A DNA stretch of 64,000 nucleotides from a virus (lineage: Duplodnaviria > Caudoviricetes). Positions 10,346-21,400 of this stretch are shown here, in pieces (the first letter of the stretch is position 1; every line of letters begins with the position of its first letter). The translations under genes were made by a program, and so were the position numbers. The stretch spans positions 1 to 64,000 of IMG/VR virus record IMGVR_UViG_3300029305_002995; one strand, written 5' to 3'. The notes under the pieces are model-generated. The model had not been told where the DNA came from, searched no databases, and saw only the letters and a list, made by a program, of their open reading frames with translations.

Positions 10346-13300
10346 TTACACTTCCTGTTCAAGTTCTGTAACTGCTTCGTCTAAGCTGTTAAATAAATCA
10401 TTAATCAACTGTTTAGCAGTACCACTTGCATCAGCACCAACATCAGAATAATTTAATACAATATCAGTATCTAATGCTTTGTTATTTACTGTTCTTGTGA
10501 TAGGTACTCTGCTATCTAATGCTATTTGAAAATCTTTTAAATCTTCGCTTATATCTATGTCAGTTGGTTTATCTTTTAAATCATTGTAACTACCTGTAGT
10601 AGCAACAGTAGCAAAAGTAGGAATTTCTAATAAATCACTATATTTACCTGTAGTAGCAACAGTAGCAAAAGTAGGAACGCCAACTAAATCTGCATAACTA
10701 CCAGAAATAGCAACCTCTGATAATCCTGCAATACTACCAGAATTTACAGTTACACCATCTAAAAGAACTAAGCTTCTTGCCGTAATATTACCTACAATAA
10801 CTAAGTTCCCATCATCGTCAAACGACAAAACATTACCCATTTGATTTTTGATATTAAATACAGATTCGTCATTAGGATTAATAGTAATCGTATTGACATT
10901 ATTACTTACAACAAAACCATGTTCATCAAAAGTCAAACTGCCTGTACTGTTATAAATACCTAAAGACTCACCTATCAACAATTTACCTACTATAGTTTCA
11001 CCATTAACACCATAGGCATTGTGAATTTCTCCTGTCTTTGGGTCTGAATAATAAAAATTACCAATAGCGGTTTTTGTAGTTAACCAATTATCGTCAGTAA
11101 TTGCAATCGTTGAATTTATAATTTTTAATTGTGTTGGCTCATAATCATTAAGTGCATCATCGTATCTACGGAACAACATACCATGATTGTCCCATGTTTG
11201 CACTTGATTATCTGCACCACCAACAATCTTATTTGTGGTAGCACTGAATCCAGCAGATAGCCAATTTTCTACAATGGAATTACTTTTATCTCCCTGTTGT
11301 GCTTGTCGTTTAACAGCACTATAAGAAGAAGCCATTGAAGCTGATTGCTGTAAAATGTCTTTGATACTTTTGATAGAGCTATTTGCTCTGGTAATATCTG
11401 AAAACTCTACAGATAAACTATTCATATCGTCATAAGTCAAAGTATATCCTACTAATCTTAGCCGATACAATTTATCATCCACCATGACTCTAATCCAGTT
11501 TCCTACTTCAAAATTATTAACCAAAGGTTTAAACCTTGGAATAACCAATAAGTTATTTAATGTAGCGGCGATTGAATATTGTAATTCCGAAGATTTATAT
11601 AATTCAACCTGCGCCATTTCTATAAATTCTAATGCCTTTTTTATTATTTCAGCATTAGTTAAACCATCTGAAATAAAGTTTTCATTAGAATATTTATCTT
11701 CTCGTCTAAATGAACTAAATTCCAACCATAATTCAGTACCTACAAACTTTTCAAAATTCAATTCATCTTGAATTTTATTTCTTGATTCTAAGATTTGATT
11801 TTGTAACCCTTTGAAAACAACTTCGCCTGTTTCATCTGTTGAACCAGTAATTAAAGATAATTCATTTTCTCTAATTGTTATTTCAGTTTGCAAGGCAGAT
11901 AACTTATCCAAATAGACTAAATACAAATCATCGTATAAATTAGGGTCTTTTCCAGACCACGTTGGTTTGTCTGCAACACCCTGTTCGATTAAAACATCAA
12001 TACAAGTTTGACAGTTATCATAGAATCCTTTTAATGGATTAAGAGCATACTTCTTTAATTCTTGTGCAAATTCTTCTAAAGGCTTTTCAAATAATCCAAC
12101 GATACCCACGTTGTCAGCATCAGCTTTGTTTAAAGCTTTTTCCACTTTTTGCTTTACATAAGTCTCATAATCATTATTGATAGTTAAAGATACAATTTCA
12201 CTTTCGGCATAATCTTCTTCATCAGAATTGTTTACGACACTGAATTTACCTTGCCAAACACCATATTCAGTTTCTTTAGTGTATTCAGACGATAAAATTT
12301 TAGTTTTATATCTGGAATCTACCAAAACTTTTACCATAGCCAATACAGCATTATCTACTGTTGACTTAGATGCATTTTCATATGATGTAACTGCAATAGG
12401 TGAAAGATTTTCCGCTGTCAACTGTGAAATCTGTTGTGAAGCATCAGTATCATCTAATTCAGTATTCGGCATTAAAGAATTTTGCAAATACAACTGAAAA
12501 TCAACTGTATTATAATAAGCATTAATTAAATTGGAAAATCCAATGATAGGATTTTGAATCTTTTCAATTTCCTTATCATAAACCAAATACTTATCTACCA
12601 ATGCATTATACGATTCCAAGAAATGAGAATCCAATTCTGCTTGATATTCATTCTGATAATACAAATATCTTTTGTCGTATTCATTGATTTTACCAACCAA
12701 TTCATCTGACATATCGTGTTTACTTTGTTCTGAAAAATGCCAAATATAATCTGTACCATTTGGATTACAATTTTTAATAGTAGCAGTCATTAAGTCATCG
12801 CCAGCTACTAATTTAAAGCAATTTTTAATAGCATCTGTATTCAATGAAGATTGAATATCGCTTGCCAACATATCAGCAGTAACAAAAATAGTAGTATCTT
12901 TACCATATCCATAATTAACTAATTCACTACCACATTCTGGACAATTATCTATAAATTCACCACGATAGCCACACTCATTACAAACAGATAATAAATCATA
13001 AACAGCGATATTTCTTTGGATATTACCGTTTTCGTCTCTTGAACAACTTAAATCAAACAGACATTGTAATTCTGTTCCAATAGTATCAAAAGCATCCGCA
13101 ATAGATACATCTGAAAATGTAAATGTTCTTTGCATTTTTGCAATAGTATCATCTACATGAATAATATTATAATGCGGTGCTTTTTCTGTGATTCTATGTA
13201 ACAATGAAGCTTCTGGTGAATTAGGATTGTACAAAATTGTTGGAGTCACATAATCTTCTCTTGCAATATCGTTTTCGGTATTTATTTCTATATCATATAA

Positions 13301-13636
13301 TTTTATCTGAGATAGCTCGGAACGCCCTAAACAAGTAGCAAAAATAGTCTTAATAGTTTCAATAGATTCATCTACGTCTACTTTAATTTCAAACCATCTA
13401 TCCCATTCAACGCAATAAATCAACTTAAAATCAGTGATTTCATCCCATAAATGGCATTTTTGATTATCAATATATTTATAGATATTAAAACTAATTTCAG
13501 AAGCTACTTTCATGTTATCCTTAACATCTAAAGACTTAGGTTCTAATTGACCTAATATGTCACCATTCTTTTTTGATAGAAGAATGGTAGGAGATTCTGG
13601 ATTATGAGCCATATCAAAATTAATTTTAATAGCCAT
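10346..13636 (-). CDS. Tail-tip / Tal-like minor structural protein (1096 aa)
   Basis: Follows Dit; FEVGNWIRV, AITDDNW.T.KTAIG and ETIVGKLLIGE motifs; ATVATTG.Y.DL repeats. Confidence 0.75.
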   Translation of the reverse strand: MAIKINFDMAHNPESPTILLSKKNGDILGQLEPKSLDVKDNMKVASEISFNIYKYIDNQKCHLWDEITDFKLIYCVEWDRWFEIKVDVDESIETIKTIFATCLGRSELSQIKLYDIEINTENDIAREDYVTPTILYNPNSPEASLLHRITEKAPHYNIIHVDDTIAKMQRTFTFSDVSIADAFDTIGTELQCLFDLSCSRDENGNIQRNIAVYDLLSVCNECGYRGEFIDNCPECGSELVNYGYGKDTTIFVTADMLASDIQSSLNTDAIKNCFKLVAGDDLMTATIKNCNPNGTDYIWHFSEQSKHDMSDELVGKINEYDKRYLYYQNEYQAELDSHFLESYNALVDKYLVYDKEIEKIQNPIIGFSNLINAYYNTVDFQLYLQNSLMPNTELDDTDASQQISQLTAENLSPIAVTSYENASKSTVDNAVLAMVKVLVDSRYKTKILSSEYTKETEYGVWQGKFSVVNNSDEEDYAESEIVSLTINNDYETYVKQKVEKALNKADADNVGIVGLFEKPLEEFAQELKKYALNPLKGFYDNCQTCIDVLIEQGVADKPTWSGKDPNLYDDLYLVYLDKLSALQTEITIRENELSLITGSTDETGEVVFKGLQNQILESRNKIQDELNFEKFVGTELWLEFSSFRREDKYSNENFISDGLTNAEIIKKALEFIEMAQVELYKSSELQYSIAATLNNLLVIPRFKPLVNNFEVGNWIRVMVDDKLYRLRLVGYTLTYDDMNSLSVEFSDITRANSSIKSIKDILQQSASMASSYSAVKRQAQQGDKSNSIVENWLSAGFSATTNKIVGGADNQVQTWDNHGMLFRRYDDALNDYEPTQLKIINSTIAITDDNWLTTKTAIGNFYYSDPKTGEIHNAYGVNGETIVGKLLIGESLGIYNSTGSLTFDEHGFVVSNNVNTITINPNDESVFNIKNQMGNVLSFDDDGNLVIVGNITARSLVLLDGVTVNSGSIAGLSEVAISGSYADLVGVPTFATVATTGKYSDLLEIPTFATVATTGSYNDLKDKPTDIDISEDLKDFQIALDSRVPITRTVNNKALDTDIVLNYSDVGADASGTAKQLINDLFNSLDEAVTELEQEV

Positions 13637-13646
13637 AATATTCCTC

Positions 13647-14444
13647 CTAAATACCTATCTTCACAATAGGAGAATATGTGATTGTAGTTTTACATGGAAT
13701 GGAAATAGTAAAAATATTTGTACTATCTTTAAATGAACTTGCCAATCTAAAGAATATCCAGTTAAAATCTTTTTGGATTTTATGTGAAGTTAAAGAAGTT
13801 TCAATAACAGGATAATTGATTTTTATAATTTCTCCTGCTTTACAATTCTTAATTTGCATCGTTCTATTCTCTAATTCATTATGAATTTCTAAATCACCAT
13901 CTGCGTACATTTCAATTTCCATATTAGGATAAATATATCCTTCATCATCAGATTTACTATGGATTTGACGAACCGTATTTTCTTCTTCGTTTTCAAATAC
14001 AAAAGACAATGGTTCTCTTAAAGCAAAAGGACGATTAGTTATAATTTCTAATTCAAAACCATAAATCTTACCATTAAATTCAATTTTACTCACATTGAAA
14101 CTTGCTTCAAAGTAAATATCAATCAAATCATAATCACCTAACAATTTGAATTTATGAAAACCTCTGCGATTCAACCACTTCATTATCTGTCTGGATTCTA
14201 AAATAGTAATAACACTATCATCTGTAAAACAAGGATGTTTGCAAATTGAAAATGTTGTAGTTAAATAACTGCCATATTCTGTACTGGTTAATTCATGCTT
14301 TGCACCTCGTAATACAGATACAGTGTTAAAAGAAATTTCAGAACCATTAGATGATGTTTCTATTCCCTTAGAGCCAAACTCACAAATAACATATCCTTGT
14401 TCACTTAAAGTCAAACCATCATATTCAAAATCTAAAAATCTCAA
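13647..14444 (-). CDS. Distal tail protein (Dit-like)
   Basis: DFEYDG.TLS..G N-terminus, KWLNR, TNRPFA and IYP.MEI motifs; downstream of the tape measure gene. Confidence 0.75.
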   Translation of the reverse strand: MRFLDFEYDGLTLSEQGYVICEFGSKGIETSSNGSEISFNTVSVLRGAKHELTSTEYGSYLTTTFSICKHPCFTDDSVITILESRQIMKWLNRRGFHKFKLLGDYDLIDIYFEASFNVSKIEFNGKIYGFELEIITNRPFALREPLSFVFENEEENTVRQIHSKSDDEGYIYPNMEIEMYADGDLEIHNELENRTMQIKNCKAGEIIKINYPVIETSLTSHKIQKDFNWIFFRLASSFKDSTNIFTISIPCKTTITYSPIVKIGI

Positions 14445-14476
14445 CTACCACACCTCCTTTTTGTTTGCGTTTTAAA

Positions 14477-14788
14477 CTACTTCAAAAGTAGTTTAACTAA
14501 GCACCATTTTCCTTTAAACACTTCTTTATTCAAAGCTTTCTTCATGGATTTTAATTCATTGATAAGTTTGTCATATTCTTTTTCTTTTTTACCTAAATCA
14601 GACAAAGTATCTTCCAAACTGTCTCTCAAAGAAGTAATTTCCATAATAGTATTCAAGTTTTTCTCTTGCTCGAAAAGCAAATCTTGAATTTCACTTTTTA
14701 AAACTTCATTTTCTTTTTTCAAAGATTCATTTTCGTGCATTAAACGTTTAATGGTTTTATCTTTCATTTCAATCTTTTTTACATTCAT
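14477..14788 (-). CDS. Coiled-coil hypothetical protein
   Basis: Heptad-rich ORF with AGGTG RBS. Confidence 0.55.
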   Translation of the reverse strand: MNVKKIEMKDKTIKRLMHENESLKKENEVLKSEIQDLLFEQEKNLNTIMEITSLRDSLEDTLSDLGKKEKEYDKLINELKSMKKALNKEVFKGKWCLVKLLLK

Positions 14789-14811
14789 ATTAATTCACCT
14801 TTATAATATTA

Positions 14812-14851
14812 AAGGAGTGGTACATTTTATTGCACCACTCCTATTTTTTTA
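14812..14851. terminator. Hairpin downstream of the tape measure gene
   Basis: aggagtggtaca...tgcaccactcct inverted repeat with T-run. Confidence 0.5.
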
Positions 14852-14852
14852 T

Positions 14853-17053
14853 TTATCGAATAGATTTACTTTTACTTAAAGAACTTTTACCTGCAATTTG
14901 GTCTAAAGTCATAGCCATAACAAGACGCTCAAAATTCGGGTCTTTTCGTAAACCATTCAGCATTTCTTCATAATTTCTTACGTTAGGCATACTGAATACA
15001 ATTTGGTCAAAGTGTTGTTCTACATTAGTACGCATATTATTATTCGGAATCGATGCAACACCTAAATTCAGATTATCTTTGATAAACTCTGTAGGATTAT
15101 TTGCCATATCCCAAATATTATTGCTTGCACCATGAGTCAATACACTATCATTTTGTGCTAACGGAGTTAAAATTGCACCATCAGATGGACGCACAATAAA
15201 CTCTCGTCCTTTTTCTTGTGTCCAAGCTAATTCATCTTTAGACAGATTATGAACGCCTTTTGCATAACGACCAGAAACAATATTACCATACTCGTCTACA
15301 ACATCATAATATTTTGTTGTTTCTTTTTTAGAAGAACCATCGCTGTATTTTGTTGTTGTCGTTTGGGTAGTAACACTATATTCATATTTACCATTAGGGT
15401 TATCTTTAGGTTTTTCTGTACTATTAGTCGTACCTGTATGAGTAGTTTTACCTTCCCATTCTACGCCTGTAACATATTTACCACTTGAATTTGAAGTTGT
15501 TGTTTGTTTTTTAGGCGGTTCATAATCATCATCGTCATCGTCATAATAGTAGTCATCGTCATCGTCATAACTATATGATGGAATATAAGTAGGAGTATAT
15601 GTAGGCGGTTTATAAACAGGCTTTGGTTTAGCCGCAGTATTAGCTTCATCGGTATGAATAGCAGAAGATTTATCTGCTACGTCAATGTCAATGTCTGCTA
15701 ATTTTGCTAATTCTTCAATCATAGTCTGTAAATTAACATTCATATTTTTCAATGTTTCATTTACAGTTGTAGCCGCAGACATAATACCATTTTCAATATG
15801 TTCACCATAAGTAGTAAGAACATTAGCATTTTCTTCTGTTGGACTCCAAATAGAACTCATATCGTCAGTTATTTCATAACCAACAGACCCTGCTCTATCT
15901 AAAATTGTAGAACTAATAGTTTCTGCATTTGCATTAACTTCTGCAATTAAATCCAAAATTAAAGCATCAATATTATCTAATCTTGCATTTAAGATTTCCT
16001 CATATTGAACATACAATTCATCAAATAATGCTTCTTGGTCATCTATGAATTTATCATATTCCATTTCTTCAAGATTAGTTTTCGCTTCTTCTAAAGAAAC
16101 TTTAAGCTGTTGAATTTTAGCTTTTGTTTCTTCGGAATCATCACCTGCATAAGCTGCCATCTGTTTTTCAAGAGAAGCAATTTCTTTAGTTTGGTCTTTA
16201 ACTTTCTTCTGATATTCATACAAATCTTTCTCTGCTTCTAAAGACTCATTCTTTTTGTCAATAAGTTCCTCTAAAGCTTCAAGTTCGATTTCCATACCTT
16301 CTTCGACCAAAGCAATCATAGCTTCTTTTTCTGCTTCTGCACCTAAAATACTATCTCGTTGCAGTTCAAGCATTTCTTCCCTACGGTCAATTAATTCTTG
16401 GTCATAAGGAGTTTTTGCAATCTGTTCATCTAACTTAGCTAATTCTTCTTCGTATTTATCTGCCTGTGCCATATATACATTATAATTAACACCATGCAGA
16501 CCCATAGTAGAAAGACCTTCATTAGTTAATTGTCCTCGTTCATCGAACAATTTCATTTCTTCAAACAATGAAATCAAGAAGTCAGATTCATCAGCAACTC
16601 TGGAAATTTTATCCTGCAACAAATCAAATACTTGCCATTCGATTTCTCTAATAGCATTTGCGTATTCTAATATTGCAGTTTCACTTTCTTCAATAGCAAG
16701 TGTAACTTCGTCAATGCTTGCTATCATTTCATACCATGCTTCTGATTCTTTAGCTACAGCACCGTTGTACATAGAATCTTTTAAAGAAGCAAGAAGTTCT
16801 TCTTTTTCTTTTTTCAATTCTTCAATATTTTCATTTTCTACTTTTGTTAAAGCATCATAATATTTTGTACTGGTAACATAGCCTTTAGCTTCACTTTGTT
16901 CGATAAAAGTTTCAAGCATACTACGTTCATGCTCTACGATTGCCAACATACCTTCAAATTCAGTGACAACATTATCGAATTTCTGTTTATATAATTCTGA
17001 TACTGTTTCGTTTAATTCATCGATAGCATCTTGGCAGTCAAGGGCTTTCTCAT
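14853..17053 (-). CDS. Tape measure protein, exon 2
   Basis: Reading frame of ORF 14853-16949 is open back to 17053; joining gives ...KYQEW-Y-EKALDCQDA. Confidence 0.85.
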
Positions 17054-18448
17054 CATTTACATTTAATTGGTTCGCTACACCAATTGAACATTTCGTTCCA
17101 CATAGTTTCCTATGTGATTAGACTATATCTTTTACCTATAAATTTAATGTTTTGTAAGAACATCTTCAATATTGTGACCTTCCCAATAAGGGATTCTCAA
17201 AAGATTAATATTTTTAGATTGACAATATTGATTTTTTATTTCATCGTGTTTCTGGGTGATTACATGATTATTGAACATATTTTCTTCAAAATGATGTTGA
17301 CCATCAAATTCTATAATTAAATTATATTGAGGTAAATAAAAATCAAATGGCAATGGTTTTTTATCACGACAATCTGTAAATCTTTTTTCTTGAATAAAAT
17401 CGATACCATTAAACTCCAAGAACTTTCTAATTCTTTTTTCGCCAGCACTTTCTTTACAAGCACATGAAAAACACGAATTAACACCATGCTTACTAAAATT
17501 TGCAAAACTTGTTATATATTCATTTCCGCAAGCACATTGAATCTTTAAATTTCTTGTAAACGTATCTTTATATTCTTCTGGATTCAATAAAATATTATTA
17601 TTAATATTTTCAATAAAATTTTTCACATATTGAACATCATGTCGTAATTTTGCTCCACGCTCTTCCCAAGAACATTTACTACATTTGTGTCCTCTAATTA
17701 AATTGTCAAGCATCATTGTTTGTATTCCATGTCGGGGACAACTAAACTGAACATTCATCTTAATATCTACATAATCACTTACATCGGTAATTAAAATATA
17801 TCCATTGTCTTTACATACCTTTTGAGCTTGTTCTATAAATTTTATTGCTCGTTTTTTATGCGATACATCGCTTGTCTTTTTGCCTGTACATTTACAACAA
17901 CAATCTTTTGTAATTATTTTTCTTCCATTCATAATAGTTACAAAACAACTGTCGTATTCTCTTCCACAATAATCACAAACTGCTTTAATTTTCGCATCAG
18001 AACGTGGTGATAAATCTTTTGCAAGTACATTAAAAGTATCATATCTTTTAGTGTAAATATATCCTTTTGATTCATACCATTGTCTATTCGTATTGTTCCA
18101 TTTTACTTGAACAATTTGGTTTTCATCAAACATACATCCTACCTCTATTTTTTTACATAAAAAAAAGAACGTATAAACGTTCTCATAATAATTCATATAA
18201 TCATTAAATTTTACAGGTAATCTATTATTTCGAATCGCCAATCGCTTGCAATTCTACTCCCATAAGGGATAGTCGTTGAACCCTACTCTATTCGAGTCTT
18301 GGCTGCTGATTGTCCAATTCTTATGATTTTCAAACATTCACACTTAGGCTTATTTCATCCTTATGTTGTAGTTCATAAGACTCTAAAGAGTTTCCAGCAA
18401 TTAAATAGATTTTACTTGCATATCACTATGCAAGGTGGCGTGAGTTTC
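17054..18448 (-). mobile_element. Group I intron (1395 nt) in tape measure gene
   Basis: P AATTGCTGGAAA, Q AATCAGCAGCC, R TTCAACGACTA, S AAGATATAGTCT; P1 GTGGT/GCCAC with U-G pair at the splice site; terminal G at 17054; P3 AATCTATT/AATAGATT. Confidence 0.92.
17144..18133 (-). CDS. Intron-encoded homing endonuclease, Vsr/DUF559-like with Zn-finger repeats (329 aa)
   Basis: PLPFDFYLP..NLIIEFDGQHH...HD..KN...LLRIPYWE; several CxxC; lies in the P8 loop; start MFDEN after GAGGTAGG. Confidence 0.8.
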   Translation of the reverse strand: MFDENQIVQVKWNNTNRQWYESKGYIYTKRYDTFNVLAKDLSPRSDAKIKAVCDYCGREYDSCFVTIMNGRKIITKDCCCKCTGKKTSDVSHKKRAIKFIEQAQKVCKDNGYILITDVSDYVDIKMNVQFSCPRHGIQTMMLDNLIRGHKCSKCSWEERGAKLRHDVQYVKNFIENINNNILLNPEEYKDTFTRNLKIQCACGNEYITSFANFSKHGVNSCFSCACKESAGEKRIRKFLEFNGIDFIQEKRFTDCRDKKPLPFDFYLPQYNLIIEFDGQHHFEENMFNNHVITQKHDEIKNQYCQSKNINLLRIPYWEGHNIEDVLTKH

Positions 18449-21400
18449 ACCACTCTTGATATTTTTGTATCTGTTCAGCCAATCCTTCATCTTTAATAGT
18501 GTTAATATCGATAACACCATCACGAACCTTTTTAGCCCATGATTCAGATAAGCCAACAGAATTAGCTTCTTGAATATATCTGTAATATCCTTGATATTGT
18601 AAATCTATTTCTTTATTTATTTCATTAATTTGTTGTTTTAAAGTTGTGTTTCTGGTTGTCCAGCTTTGGAATATACTACTTGCTTTTAAGTCAAGTCGTG
18701 CAATAGCTCTTTCGATTCGGTCAATAGCAACTTCAATCCAGTCAAATGTTTCCTCGAAATCATCTTTAGAAGATGAAGATTTACTACTGGAAGAACCTTT
18801 GTTACCACCTAAACCAGAAGAACCACCAGAACCGAAAATAATAGTATTACCACCATTGCTTAAAGAACCACTACCACTTGAAAAGGCTGTACCTTCCGCA
18901 AATGCTGTTCCATTTACAATCGCTCTACCTCTGGTTTTACCATGAATAATTTTACCATATTTAAATAATTGTTCTGTTTGTCTTGCATTAAAGATAATAT
19001 CGTTCTTTTTATACTTAACAAATTCAGCACCGTTATCTCCTACGGTAAAGAATCGACCTTCACGAACAATGGTTTCTCTGCCCAGCTCGCCCATCAAGGC
19101 TACGCCAGAATCTTGTGTACCCCAATTACCTTCTGCAAATGCTGTACCATCTACCCTCGCACCACCAGAAGATTTTCCACTTGTAGTAAAACCACCAGTT
19201 TTACCACTAATTGCACCACCACTTGGACTACCATTAGTAATATAGTTAGTAACATAGTTTGTGGTTACTGTAACTGTTTTATCTTGCAAAGCATCAATAG
19301 AAGCCTTCAAAGACCAAACAGCATCTTCACCATAAACATCGGCTCCTACATCAACTTCTCTATCATATAGAGAATCGATAGCTTCTTTTAATGCTATTAC
19401 ATCATCTGTACCATAGACTTCTGCACCTACTTCAAAAACTTTTTCAAGCTCTTGAATTTCAAGGATTAAAAGTTTAATTGTTTCAATATCTTCCAAACCA
19501 GAAATTTCAAATGCTACTAACATTTCTTCTGGAATTTCTTCTATCCATTCAACTAAATCCTCTACATCATCGTCACCTTGAACTTCGGCAACAACATTAA
19601 CTGTTTTATCTTCAACCTTTTTAACGGTATCTTCTAAGGTTTTAACCTTATCTTCACCTTTGGTTTCAGCAGTTAAAATTATTGTTTTATCTTCAAGTGC
19701 CATTACTGCATTAACAATTTTGTCAATGTTTTCATCGCCAGTAACTTTTGCATTTAAATCTATTTTCTCTTTGGATAAATCTTGTAATTCTGATGTGTCT
19801 GGTTGTACACGAACAGTTACAATACTGCCATCTTCTTCATCAACAATATCTTTAAATTGTTCGCCTAATTGTTTCGCTTCTTCGATTGCGCCTTGAGCAT
19901 CTACTGTAAATGGAATAGATACACCTTGATTTTGCAATTCTAAGAACCAATCTTTAACACCTTGAATTGAGGTGTCATCGATTTCAATTCCTAATTTAGA
20001 TAATACTTCTTTACCTTCAACCGTAGAAACAAATTTTGAAATTTCTGCCGCTATACTGTCTAAATCTTTTTGAACAGCAGTAGTGTCTAAACCTTTCAGT
20101 TCAAGAACTTCCATTTCATTAACCTTTGAATTAAACTTATTCATAAGGTCATATAAGTCCATGAACTCACCTTGAACTTGACTACTATCTATTGTCAAAG
20201 AAGGTAAGTCATTAAACTGAACTATTTTCAAATATGCTTTGTCTAATTCAGCATTTAACAAAGCAATTTGTTCTGTTTTGACTTGGGGACTAATAGTAGC
20301 GTTATTAGAAATCTCATTAATTTTGGCTTTGATATTTTCTATTACATCTAAGCCACTTTCTTTGTCACTAAATGCTGTCTGGATTTGAACTGGTTCTGCA
20401 CCTAATTCTTGTAATTTCTGCTTTGATTCTTCAATACGATTATTAAATGTATCTAAAGAGGTATAAGCGGAGTCAAGATTTATGTCAAATCCATAAGCAC
20501 TTAATGCTCTAAGTAAAATTTGCACCTGCTCAACAGACACAGCATAACCATGTACTTGTTCAATTGCCTGTGCAATCTTTTGGTCATCGCCAATACCAAA
20601 GTTAAGAGTCCAATTACCATCTTCGGTCATCTTTGCCCACTCTAAAGCTTCACCGCCAAGAGTTTCACCTGCTGTTCTTACAGCATTTAAGAAGTTTGCA
20701 AGACCATCTGTACTATTGGTAAAGAACTTCTCCATAACAGGAAGTCCTTTAAGATACATTTCTTTAATTGCATCTGTACTTGCAGTAGACATATCTTGGT
20801 CTGTCATCAACTGCACAAATTCTCTAAAGTCATCTGTACCTACTCTACCCTTTTTGTATAACTCCTTCATGTTTGCCAATTCATTAGAAATATTAGCAAA
20901 CATACTATCTTCATCCGCAGTAGACAATGCCATTGTCCATTGGTTGTAGTCAGAAGTTAATGCTTTGTATTGAGCCATTAAATCTAAGTTAGCATCAATT
21001 TTCTGAGATAATAAATCTTGTTCTCTAAGTAAACCAGAGTATTCAGCAGTATCTTCTTTTCCTGCCGCTTTAAGATTTTCTAATTTAGCTGTAACCAAAT
21101 CATATTCATCAGATAATTGATTTAACTCATTTTCGATTTTATCTGTATTAAAATCTTGATATTCTTTATTTAACTTTCTAAATTCTTGAACATTTAAATG
21201 AATACCATGTTCAGTACGTTCAAATAATTTAGAAGGGTCATAACTTTCTAATTCTGAGAACATAGCATCCAACTGCTGTTTTATATCAGTAGTTAAGCCT
21301 GTTCCAGATACCGATTGATTAATTGCTTCATAGAGCATTTCAAATTTAGAAATTGTATCATCTAAATCAATCGGTAGATTAGCATTGATTTCAGCAATAG

